A DNA stretch of 64,000 nucleotides, from positions 62,001 to 126,000 of the forward strand of contig JAUCBJ010002659.1 of NCBI GenBank assembly GCA_032718475.1. Direction: 5' to 3'. A program made the position numbers and the translations under genes. Below, one piece after another: positions 25,626 to 38,300 of this stretch (positions are counted from its first letter, which is position 1; each line of letters starts with the position of its first letter). The notes beneath the pieces were generated by a model that made no database searches, was not told the origin of the DNA, and was given only the letters and a program-made list of their open reading frames with translations. This stretch comes from Nemertoderma westbladi. Taxonomy: Eukaryota; Animalia; Xenacoelomorpha.

Positions 25626-26879
25626 GTATTACGGTCCAAGTCCAGCGCATATGTCTAGTTTATTAACTAACTAGGCCTATCTACCAGCAGACTGGTAGAG
25701 TCAGAGTCTTTTTTTTTTAGTATTTTGGCGTCAAATCAAGAGATGTTCCTAGTAGTGCAAGGATTGTGAAACGCGTACTGGTAGTAGTTGGGAATATTTT
25801 AGATGATGACGATAGACATATAATATTAAATAATTGGCTCTACTGGTCTACCGGTAGCGCGGTAGTTATTTAATGAACTACGAATCAGCAGCAGGCTGGT
25901 ACACAATACCAATATTTACGTCAGTCAATTTAATTTAATTTAATTGTTAATTTCGTACACGTTAGATACAACAAACAGTAGTAAATAACAGTACAGCGTA
26001 CATACAAAGTTACATAATTAAGCACAAATAAAGTAGGGTGGGTAAGTAGATGAACTGTTACAATAATGATAATGTTGACCGCACATTTACTGAGATACAA
26101 TACGACTCAATCAGTTTACTAATTCGTAAATCACGCTACTATTCCGTACATATATAATGCAAAATATTTTCCAATTTATGCAGGACTAATGAGCAAGCCA
26201 ACAACAGCATGTAGCTGTATTTCAGTGAATTTCAGTGAGTTTATTTGAAATAAAAGTGCTATTATTCGAATTATGGTTCATATATTTTTTATTTAGTGAA
26301 TAAATCTAATGCCGAAAGCCTGAAATGAACCCTCCCACCAGTGAATGGAAAGATTTCGCCCCTACTGTAGTTTAACCATGATGGTAGCTTATATATATCG
26401 TTTGGTAGCTTTCGTTAATTGCCTTCTTTCCTATAACTATTTTTGCGTATATTGTTTGGAGTCAATGGCGCAAAATGACCGCAAACACAAAATAAATTTT
26501 AGCGGGTTTGAAAAATTAATTTAATTTAATTAAAAACATTAAGGGAACGGAGCAGGTTACAGTGGCGGTATTTTCTAACCATGACAATAAACTGTACATT
26601 ATTTCAGTTGCGGTCAATACGCGCCACTATCTGATTGTTTGGTATTCGAGACATCTTGGATAGAATATCATGTGGCTCTTATGCCAATGAATTTGCGGAA
26701 TTCATAAATATTGTGAATATTATTTATTTATTTATTGATTCTAGAAATGTTTATAAATTTGTCTGCTCATTGATGTTTGATATATAGATATATTAATAGA
26801 CAATGTAATCGTTTTCATTGATTGATTTGCTTATAAAAGAAAACGGTATAACATTTTATTTCACTTTTCTCGAAGTATC

Positions 26880-27400
26880 TACTGTAGTTGTATTTGTCCC
26901 GGGACTTTTCGTCCACAAAAGTCCAAAGAATATCTGGTGATCATTCGCGAAGTCGGTGTCTGTGACTGTAGTTGCCGGATATCTACTACTTCTGCGTTCT
27001 TGTAGTGTGAATCCCAGATCTTCATCCCCGCCCGGCCGTCCTCATTGCGTAAACCATTACAATTACAAAATAGTAATGGCAGTAATGGCGCCAATCTGTC
27101 ACATTGCAGTACGCCTGTCAGGATTGATAACAACTCAGTTTCGCCATCTGGTGAGAGTACCTGTGCTTCTGTGTCACAATATAAAAATACAATGCCACCG
27201 AAAAAATTCATTCCACCTCTGTGAATGGAGTCGAATGCTTTCTTGAAGTGAAAAATTCCCAGAACTGCAGAAAGAATCGTTGACTTAATTCTGTCCACCA
27301 GCCTCAGTTGCGCTAGAATCCGCGGTATTCATGATCCATTTGGTCGAAATCCATTTTCGCTTCTCGCTGCAGTTTCTCTATGAGGTCTAATACTATTTAG
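26880..27400 (-). pseudogene. Degenerate RTE-type reverse transcriptase fragment
   Basis: FKKAFDSIHRG and GVLQCDRLAPLL (cf. GVLQGDTLAP) motifs. An upstream piece (AEERVGKWKNLF) lies at ~30290-30410, beyond the 45-bp array. Confidence 0.7.
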
Positions 27401-27515
27401 GACGAATTCGACCTGGAAAATGGCGACCCAACTAATTTTTATAAATCATGGCTCGCAATTGTCCAGATTCAGATACTTTAAATAAATTATCCATAAAAAC
27501 CAACAGTAAAAGTAA

Positions 27516-30170
27516 TAAATAATGCGTGAACAATGTTAACAATACACACACAGTAGGCCCTAAATAATGCGTGAACAATGTTAACAATACACACACAGTA
27601 GGCCCTAAATAATGCGTGAACAATGTTAACAATACACACACAGTAGGCCCTAAATAATGCGTGAACAATGTTAACAATACACACACAGTAGGCCCTAAAT
27701 AATGCGTGAACAATGTTAACAATACACACACAGTAGGCCCTAAATAATGCGTGAACAATGTTAACAATACACACACAGTAGGCCCTAAATAATGCGTGAA
27801 CAATGTTAACAATACACACACAGTAGGCCCTAAATAATGCGTGAACAATGTTAACAATACACACACAGTAGGCCCTAAATAATGCGTGAACAATGTTAAC
27901 AATACACACACAGTAGGCCCTAAATAATGCGTGAACAATGTTAACAATACACACACAGTAGGCCCTAAATAATGCGTGAACAATGTTAACAATACACACA
28001 CAGTAGGCCCTAAATAATGCGTGAACAATGTTAACAATACACACACAGTAGGCCCTAAATAATGCGTGAACAATGTTAACAATACACACACAGTAGGCCC
28101 TAAATAATGCGTGAACAATGTTAACAATACACACACAGTAGGCCCTAAATAATGCGTGAACAATGTTAACAATACACACACAGTAGGCCCTAAATAATGC
28201 GTGAACAATGTTAACAATACACACACAGTAGGCCCTAAATAATGCGTGAACAATGTTAACAATACACACACAGTAGGCCCTAAATAATGCGTGAACAATG
28301 TTAACAATACACACACAGTAGGCCCTAAATAATGCGTGAACAATGTTAACAATACACACACAGTAGGCCCTAAATAATGCGTGAACAATGTTAACAATAC
28401 ACACACAGTAGGCCCTAAATAATGCGTGAACAATGTTAACAATACACACACAGTAGGCCCTAAATAATGCGTGAACAATGTTAACAATACACACACAGTA
28501 GGCCCTAAATAATGCGTGAACAATGTTAACAATACACACACAGTAGGCCCTAAATAATGCGTGAACAATGTTAACAATACACACACAGTAGGCCCTAAAT
28601 AATGCGTGAACAATGTTAACAATACACACACAGTAGGCCCTAAATAATGCGTGAACAATGTTAACAATACACACACAGTAGGCCCTAAATAATGCGTGAA
28701 CAATGTTAACAATACACACACAGTAGGCCCTAAATAATGCGTGAACAATGTTAACAATACACACACAGTAGGCCCTAAATAATGCGTGAACAATGTTAAC
28801 AATACACACACAGTAGGCCCTAAATAATGCGTGAACAATGTTAACAATACACACACAGTAGGCCCTAAATAATGCGTGAACAATGTTAACAATACACACA
28901 CAGTAGGCCCTAAATAATGCGTGAACAATGTTAACAATACACACACAGTAGGCCCTAAATAATGCGTGAACAATGTTAACAATACACACACAGTAGGCCC
29001 TAAATAATGCGTGAACAATGTTAACAATACACACACAGTAGGCCCTAAATAATGCGTGAACAATGTTAACAATACACACACAGTAGGCCCTAAATAATGC
29101 GTGAACAATGTTAACAATACACACACAGTAGGCCCTAAATAATGCGTGAACAATGTTAACAATACACACACAGTAGGCCCTAAATAATGCGTGAACAATG
29201 TTAACAATACACACACAGTAGGCCCTAAATAATGCGTGAACAATGTTAACAATACACACACAGTAGGCCCTAAATAATGCGTGAACAATGTTAACAATAC
29301 ACACACAGTAGGCCCTAAATAATGCGTGAACAATGTTAACAATACACACACAGTAGGCCCTAAATAATGCGTGAACAATGTTAACAATACACACACAGTA
29401 GGCCCTAAATAATGCGTGAACAATGTTAACAATACACACACAGTAGGCCCTAAATAATGCGTGAACAATGTTAACAATACACACACAGTAGGCCCTAAAT
29501 AATGCGTGAACAATGTTAACAATACACACACAGTAGGCCCTAAATAATGCGTGAACAATGTTAACAATACACACACAGTAGGCCCTAAATAATGCGTGAA
29601 CAATGTTAACAATACACACACAGTAGGCCCTAAATAATGCGTGAACAATGTTAACAATACACACACAGTAGGCCCTAAATAATGCGTGAACAATGTTAAC
29701 AATACACACACAGTAGGCCCTAAATAATGCGTGAACAATGTTAACAATACACACACAGTAGGCCCTAAATAATGCGTGAACAATGTTAACAATACACACA
29801 CAGTAGGCCCTAAATAATGCGTGAACAATGTTAACAATACACACACAGTAGGCCCTAAATAATGCGTGAACAATGTTAACAATACACACACAGTAGGCCC
29901 TAAATAATGCGTGAACAATGTTAACAATACACACACAGTAGGCCCTAAATAATGCGTGAACAATGTTAACAATACACACACAGTAGGCCCTAAATAATGC
30001 GTGAACAATGTTAACAATACACACACAGTAGGCCCTAAATAATGCGTGAACAATGTTAACAATACACACACAGTAGGCCCTAAATAATGCGTGAACAATG
30101 TTAACAATACACACACAGTAGGCCCTAAATAATGCGTGAACAATGTTAACAATACACACACAGTAGGCCC
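27516..30170. repeat. Perfect 45-bp tandem array, 59 copies (TAAATAATGCGTGAACAATGTTAACAATACACACACAGTAGGCCC)
   Basis: 2655 bp = 59 x 45; no variant unit seen. Confidence 0.98.
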
Positions 30171-31662
30171 TCCCTATGCTACAGTATGCTAATTTTTAGA
30201 GCAACAATTTGTCCGACTTTTTTATCCGCATTTTCGAGGTGCACATGCACAATCATGGCTTCTTTGGAGTTCGGCACGTATTAACCCCCCTGTTACTATA
30301 GGTAACGGCGGCTGCCTAAGCACGTTGCTGAACAGATTCTTCCATTTCCCAACACGTTCTTCAGCTTTTAGGCGCCCTGTCCCAAATCGATTGTCATAAA
30401 CTAAAGTTTGTCTGCAATAATAATGTCGACACTACGTAGAATCAAAACATTTATTTTGGATTAATTAAGAATTAGTTTTGGGTTATCACCTTATTTTACA
30501 TAGATTTACTGGACTAATGATTAAATTATTTTAAATAAAGCAGATTTGTTTTAATACCAAACACAGATATTTAATAACTATTTTTATAGTATCTCACTAG
30601 ATATTATATAAAAATTAGGGGGGAGTCAATCTTGAATATGCTGTACGGTATATTAATTCCAGGGCCTTAAGGGATTATGAGGCGCCGTTAACGCAAAAGT
30701 ATTAGCGGTATTAAATATAATATTACAGAATTTAAAAATATTTTATATTATAATTAATTAATTAGAAATATTTTATTGCATTTTCAGCTCTTCCATTTGA
30801 TGAAATATTTCGTGATTTCCCAAGTTTGGAGGGAAAATTGAAATTATCTTTGAAGTACGTATTTTGTTGCTTAGAATCTTGTTTCTTGAACATTTTCATC
30901 ATATCAGTCAGTACCGGTAGCTTACTACTGTACATCAATTCGTTGTATTGTTCCTTGCGAATAGTACTGGTGGAAGTCCTCGATATATTATTACGATGAT
31001 CAGATAAGTTACTTTCACAAGAGTAGGTTTACTCAACGAGATATATCGCGTATAATTGGAGTTTCTGTACGAACTGTTAGTCGCCGTTGTAAAATATAAA
31101 TAAAATATTTCGGCCGAAAATATGCTTTTAAATCCTCTAATATTATTGCTGACCTTTTGGCGTTAACGTACATAAGAAGTTTATCATACACATTACTCAT
31201 ACATAAGAAGTTTAATTTCTTCATAGTTGCTACTACCACCACATATTCTAGAACATTGTTTGTCAGCCGCACTTAAAATTTATTTCAGTAGGCCAAGTAG
31301 CACATTGAAATTATTAACGTTATTCTTACGCCATCTTACGCCACCTTCTGGAAGATAGTGTCATAATTCAGTGCCACAACTACCTACCATCCCATAACTT
31401 GCCCAGATTCTAGAACACATAAATTACGGCACTGTTTCCTTTTTTTGGCTGCCATTTGATTTCTGTATTTACCCGCCAATATATTATTTTTTGCGTTTTT
31501 AGGGCGTGTAAGTAGCGAAAAAAAATATTAATTAATTTCATTATTTTGGCTTGTATGTATATGGCGGGTAAATAGCAAAACAATTAATTAATTTGATTTC
31601 ATATTTTTTCGTTATTTGAATTTAAATTAATTTAAGTTGTGGGTAATAAGCGAAAAAAAGTA

Positions 31663-31810
31663 GCCACTGTATCCGCCACTGTATCCGCCACTGTATCCGC
31701 CACTGTATCCGCCACTGTATCCGCCACTGTATCCGCCACTGTATCCGCCACTGTATCCGCCACCGTATCCGCCACTGTATCCGCCACTGTATCCGCCATT
31801 ACCCGCCACT
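31663..31810. repeat. 12-bp tandem repeat (GCCACTGTATCC)n, ~11-12 copies
   Basis: Directly visible. Confidence 0.95.
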
Positions 31811-31936
31811 ATAATTAATTTTTTTACAAAATTTAATTGTTTAGTTTTTCCATATCGATATTTACCTGCCAGCCAAATTACTGTGGTTTACATTGTAAAT
31901 TTTAGGTGGGTAAATACCGAAAACACTGCGCGGGTA

Positions 31937-33159
31937 CAGTGGCGGTTCTAGGGGGGGGGGGGGGGCATTTGCCCCTCCCCAGGTATCTTGGGGGGGGGGG
32001 GCATTTGCCCCTCCCCAGGTATCTTGGGGGGGGGGGGGGGCTTGCCCCCTCCCTAGCGAAAGGTAATGTGGCAAATCCGTACCAGTGGGTACCGACTTTT
32101 GCTCGAAAACAGACCTCTCTGGGAAAAGACTTCTATTTTTCTTCAAAATTTAGTTACTACCCGGCGGTCTCCATTATAAAACACTCTGATATTTTTGTAA
32201 AATTCTGGTACTTTGGGAATTCGGGAAAAAATCGGGAAATTTTTTTCAAAGTATAATAATTTTTTTAAATGTTTTTTTTAATGTTTCTTTTTGTTTATTT
32301 TTTTTTCATTTGGGGCTGCGACGAACTGTAGCTTGTTTCCGAAACGTCTTCTCCACCGTGCAGTGGCGTGCAGAGGGGGGGGGGGGGGGGGGGGGCGGCG
32401 GGCGCCACCTTCCAAGGGGCGCCAAAATTTGAGCAGCTTCAAGTTTAGCTTATTGATGCTAGAAATTTAGTCAATCCAACATACAAACATACATACAGTT
32501 TGGTTCTGTATTGGTTGCATAGCCTTTCAGCACTGTCCTGTCCACATTGCACATGTGAAGGTGTCACAGGTGAGAAGGTGTCTCATGTGAACATTTCTCC
32601 TGCAATTGGTCCATGGTATGGTCACTGGAAATATCTCCATTGGTAAGTTCAGTGGCTTTGTGGTTTAAGGCATGTGCAAGTAAATTTAAGCAGTAAATTT
32701 CTTAAAATACTGTAATATAATTTTGCAATTAAAATAGTCTGAATTAAAAATTTTCAACAGGGTTAAAAATAGAAATAATGGCCCATTGCATTTAAGTCAA
32801 ATTAAATTCAGTCTGTTATTTAATTACTTATTTTCCACTACCACACATGTTATGAAAGTTTGTGCGGCTAAAAATACTAAAGTATATTTATTGCCTCTTA
32901 AATAATTATATATAAGATAATTATTTTATTGCGCAGAACACCATCTCCATCCCGAAACCTAACTAACCAAAACAACAAACAATAAAATTGTTGTTGGGAA
33001 TGTTTTTTTAACGATTTAAAGCTGGCGTTTATAAACGTGTCCAGATTGGAATCCACTGCTTGCGTGGAGCCATTTACAAGTCCGAAAAATTGACCTCAGC
33101 GAATTAAATATTTTGCCCCCCCCCCCCCCCCCCCAAGCAAAATCCTAGAACCGCCCCTG
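31937..33159. mobile_element. hAT-type MITE inserted in a 24-bp satellite unit
   Basis: TIRs CAGTGGCGGTTCTAG / CTAGAACCGCCCCTG; 8-bp TSD CGCGGGTA (31929-31936 / 33160-33167). A second CAGTGGCG-type end is nested near 32361. Confidence 0.85.
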
Positions 33160-33183
33160 CGCGGGTAAATACCGAATAGACTG

Positions 33184-34204
33184 GGGTATAACTTTTCGCC
33201 GTATCCGTATCAATTTGCCGTATCCGTATGCACATACGCGTGTGCGTATGTAATGGATTCCTATGGAGAATAATCCGTATGTAATTTTAAAGATTAGGCA
33301 TTGTGGACCAGTAAGAAGTGCACAACACACATGCAGACTGAAGACAGGTAGGCCTACTTAAAGCTAAGTGATTTAAAGAGTGTGGCTGCCGCTACCTAAT
33401 GGCAAATAAACATTGTAGGTCCAGCATGAGTGACAGATGATGTCCTTCAGCCCCGGGATGCGCCACAGCGCTTGTTTTATTGTACTAAACTGACACGTGG
33501 ACGCCCGGTTGGACTTAGATAAATTACTGACACCCGGACGTACTCGCTCACACGTGGTTTGACTAACTGGCACTAGGTTGGTCTTGTTGGCACTTGGCTG
33601 CATAGGGCCTCTATGGTTAACTAAATACTGGCCCCGAAACGGCGAAAGTAAAGGTATATTACATGTTAATAAAATTCAAAAAGAAGGACAGACTGGCACG
33701 ACTGTTTTCAATATCTGTACGAATGTTTATTCCCTTAGCATTCTCATTGCTGCTTCTATCTGTCTATACTATGTTAGTGCCATATACTGTAGCAACTAAC
33801 ATCATTCTATAGCCAGGTTGGTAGAAAAATAGTTCAAAAATAAATCACGGTTGGTTAGTTTTCCAAGCGGCGTCAAGAAGAGTTAACCTGTTAATAGGAA
33901 CTGCACTGCTGGCCCATCCCGGGGCTGGTGGACACCGGCTGTCACCCATCCTGGACCTGTCCTGCATTGTTTATTTGACAAAAGGTAGCGGCAGCCACAC
34001 TTTTTAAATCACTTAGCTTTAAGTAGGCCTACCTGTCTTCAGTCTGCATGTGTGCTGTGCACTTCTTACTGGTCTGCAATGCCTAATCTCTAAAATCACA
34101 TACGGATTATTCTCCATAAAAATCCATTACATACGCACATACGCGTATGTACATACGGATACGGCAAATGCATACGGATACGGATATGGCGAAAAGTTAT
34201 ACCC
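33184..34204. mobile_element. Mutator/MULE-like MITE with long (~250-290 bp) TIRs
   Basis: GGGTATAACTTTTCGCC... / ...GGCGAAAAGTTATACCC long inverted arms; 9-bp TSD AATAGACTG / AAAAGACTG (one mismatch). Confidence 0.85.
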
Positions 34205-35366
34205 AAAAGACTGCGCGGGTAGATACCGAAAACACTGCGTGGGCAAAAAACGAAAGAGGCGGGTAAATACCGAAAAAACTGTGCGGGTAAATACCGAAAA
34301 CACTGCGCGGGTAAATTCCAAAAACACTGCGCGGGTAATTACCGAAAAGAGTTCGTGGGTAAGTACCGAAAACACTGCGCGGGTAAAAAACGAAAGAGGC
34401 GGGTAAATACCAAAAACACTGCGTGGGTAAATACCGAAAACACTGTGCGGTTAAATACCGAAAACACTGCGCGGGTAAATACCTGAAAACACTGCGCGGG
34501 TAAATAACGAAAAGAGTTCGTGGGTAAATACCGAAAACACTGCGTGGGTAAATACCAAAAACACTGCGCGGGTAAATACCGAAAACACTGCGCGGGTAAA
34601 TAATGAAAAGAGTTCGTGGGTAAATACCGAAAACACTGCGTGGGTAAATACCAAAAACACTGCACGGGTAAATACCGAAAACACTGCGAGGGTAAATACA
34701 GAAAAGAGTTCGTGGGTAAATACTGAAAAGAGTTTGCAGTTAAATACCGAAAAGAGTGCGCAGGTAAATACCGAAAACACTGCGCGGGTAAATACCGAAA
34801 ACACTGCGCGGGTAAATAACGAAAAAAGTTCGTGGGTAAATACCGAAAACACTGTGTGGGTAAATACCAAAAACACTGCGCGGGTAAATACCAAAAACAC
34901 TGCGAGGGTAAATACAGAAAAGAGTTCGTGGGTAAATACTGAAAAGAGTTTGCAGTTAAATACTGAAAAGAGTGCGCGGGTAAATACCGAAAACACTGCG
35001 CGGGTAAATACCGAAAACACTGCGCGGGTAAATACCGAAAACACTGCGCGGGTAAATACCGAAAACACTGCGCGGGTAAATACCGAAAACACTGCGCGGG
35101 TAAATACCGAAAACACTGCGCGGGTAAATACCGAAAACACTGCGTGGGTAAATACCGAAAACACTGCGCGGGTAAATACCGAAAACACTGCACGGGTAAA
35201 ACGAAAAGAGTTCGTGGGTAAATACCGAAAACACTGCGTGGGTAAATACCAAAAACACTGCGTGGGTAAATACCGAAAACACTGCGAGGGTAAATACAGA
35301 AAAGAGTTCATGGGTAAATACTGAAAAGAGTTTGCAGTTAAATACTGAAAAGAGTGCGCGGGTAAA
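34205..35366. repeat. 24-bp satellite (GGGTAAATACCGAAAA + CACTGCGC/GAGTTCGT), left block
   Basis: Visible tandem array; isolated units also at 31908-31936 and 33160-33183. Confidence 0.95.
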
Positions 35367-38300
35367 CTGGGTCAACAGAGGTTACCTGGGCACATGTTAA
35401 ATTACCCAAACAGCATATCGAGAAGTCTATCGCGGATGCTTATGGTGTTATAGTTCACTGGCGGCCCAACCTATTCCTAGTGCCTCAGGGGGCTGGGGGG
35501 CGGGCTTTTGTTGTGGAAATGTGTCGAATCTTGATTCTAGCCACCACCAACAACATGCTGCAGGAAGTTTCTCTTACCGCATTGTTGTTGACGCCGGCGC
35601 TGTTGCTTCAGAAGCCTGGATGTTAAACAGGGGCAATCAAGAGTGCGTTATTACTGCCGTACTGCTGCTAAACACAAAACTGCTTCTCACCGCTGGATGG
35701 CGCTAACCTGCCGTCCGCTAATATATTTTACTAATTTTTATACGGCTCCTGCAAATCGCTTGTTCCTTTCTCTACCGATCGCTCGATAGAGAGCTAACTG
35801 TTCGAATCTATGAGCCACGCGGGAATAACCAAAACAATAAACCCGAGACGGCTCCCTAGGCTACTTAAAACGAGTTTTCGAGGCTTACACTCAGAGTGTT
35901 CACTTATCGCCTAATCGCAAATACTGGAGTTTCCTAATGGAATATGTGAATGTGAGAATATTTAAATAACTCAAAATGACAGGGATGACCTATCGGGACT
36001 GGTCGCGGTACTGTATGTGGGTCTAAACTTGCCTTCGGCTGGCTTTAGGCCAGTAACTTACTACTGTATACTGGATACTGCTATCTAGCTTATTGCCCGC
36101 TACTTTCAAATAACTGCCCAGTATGAATAGTCTACAGTATTCCAAATAATTACCTTAACTACTCTCCGCTATGCTGCGTACAAATTATTAATTTAACACT
36201 AATTAATTACAGTCATAATTACGAGACAGCATACTAATTACTAAGTGTTCCAGAATGCGCAATTCTAATGTATTATGTACCGGGTTACGTTAGTAACAGC
36301 CTAAATACCGTATTATTTTGACCTAGTCAGTAATTATTTATCGTAAACTAAGAAATAGAAATCAATCAAGGAAAGAGGGCGCCTATCTAAGCATTAATAA
36401 TTAAGAATCAGGCACACTTTAGCAATACACAAATCAGCGTAGCAATCAATAGTTGATACTTAACAGTTAGCAGTTTGCAGTGTAAGACACGAAGGCCTCT
36501 CCCGGGTACATATAGGCTTCTTAACTAACCCAAGTCCTGCCCCCCTAACACTACAAAATAGAGACAAAATCTGGATCGTCAGCCCCCTATTACTGTCCTG
36601 GCTACTGGTCTTCTGTCCCCACTGCCAACCTTCCGACCGCAACGGTGACCCCCCGCCAGCGTTGCTCGCTTTTGAATCCTCTGCACTCCCTTCGTCGCTA
36701 CCCCCCGGTGCGCCCGCCGCACCTACCGGTACCTTAGCCCTCCATTAGAATGAATGGCTACCGTAGCGGCACATGCAATCACAAACAGTCTGACAGTCTA
36801 AGGAAAATCCCGTGGGATTATCGCATCTTAAATCACATAGAACTATTAATCAAAGGGGTAGAAATCATAGTTCGAAATTGTAATTTGCAGTAACCATTAA
36901 GATTGATTGAGAAACACAGCAAAGAAATAAAGCAGAAATTACAAAATTGCGAATTATTGCAAGAAACAAAATATTGGGTTTAAGAATCAAAGATAGAGAA
37001 TTGTGGATTGCACATACCGGAAATACAGCCAATTTATAGGTGATTCATCAAGGATGATGCAATAATCCTCTCATTGGTTCCCCAATCCGCGCTACCTTTA
37101 GACCAACCTGGAAGCAGCTAGGCCAATAAGGAAGCCGGATTGTGAATCTAATGGCTCCTAAAATCACGAATTATTACCATATATGGTAACGGTGGCGTTA
37201 CTTAATTTCGCGGTACTAAAAGCACGGTACATACAATCTAATTTAGCGCAAATATAATGGAAATTAATACAAATACACGATTAATCCGATTCATACCAAT
37301 AACAGCAAGCTTACATCAAGGGTTTTATAGGAAACTTGCTACCGTAGAACTATTTATTTATATTTTATTACAAAATTACGTAGGTAGGGCTACATACTAT
37401 ACAAAATGGATAAGATTTACGAATACGGATATTTTATTTTCCTTATCTAAATACGATTGTGCATCATTATGGTTTATCTAAATATTTATACTGTATAATG
37501 GGCTGATAATAGTACACAGCGCCATATATCGTAACACTGGACGTTCATCAACAACGGTGATACACAGACGAATTCTAGAACATAGACTAGAATCTTGGAA
37601 AGCGGGTAATTTCAATGAGCTACTTATTGAGGCCCGGGCGATTCAGTCGCATCTTCCCAAGTTAAGACAATTCGATTCACAGGAGGTTATGCGCCAGAAA
37701 ACGTTCATCAGACATATGTTGACAGGGAATGTGTCTGCGGCGACGCGATGTCTCCGCGACCTGACTAGAGGCAAACCGCTCCGCCTGGACGATACGTTTA
37801 CTGACAAGGACAGGGTAACAAAGGTAGTCCGCGATGTCCTGTGTGAGAAACACCCCGCTGCGAAACCCGCGGATGAGTCAGTTTTACTGACAGAGTTTGA
37901 TCGCGCGCCGGGGTTCCACAATGTTGTGTTCAAACGACTGGATGGTCCATGCATCCAGTCATGTTTACTTCGGATGAAGGGAAACGCGGCGGGGCCATCT
38001 GGCCTGGATGTTCAGTGGTGGAAACACCTTCTGACAAGGTTTTGCAATCCGTCGGCTGAGCTGTGCGAGAGAATCGCTGACCTGGCAAAGCGTTTAGCCC
38101 AGGTTGTTGTCCCCCCGGGTCGCTGTCTGCGTTGCTCTCGTCTCATCTGTTGGCCCTCTACAAGAACCCGGGGGTCCGCCCAATCGGGATAGGCGAGGTG
38201 CTCCGGCGGGTAATCGGAAAGGCGACGGTGCTGTGTATCAGTCCAGATTTACAGGCCATCGGCGGATCTGTCCAGATGTGTCTCGGACAGAAAGCGGGAA

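Noticed and set aside
27432-30161. 909-aa and 890-aa ORFs
   Set aside because: Stop-free readings of a 45-bp perfect repeat with non-ATG starts.
31627-31809. Gly/Tyr-rich (GGYS)n cuticle-like peptide ORF
   Set aside because: Translation of a 12-bp repeat related to the neighbouring satellite; no signal peptide or exon context.
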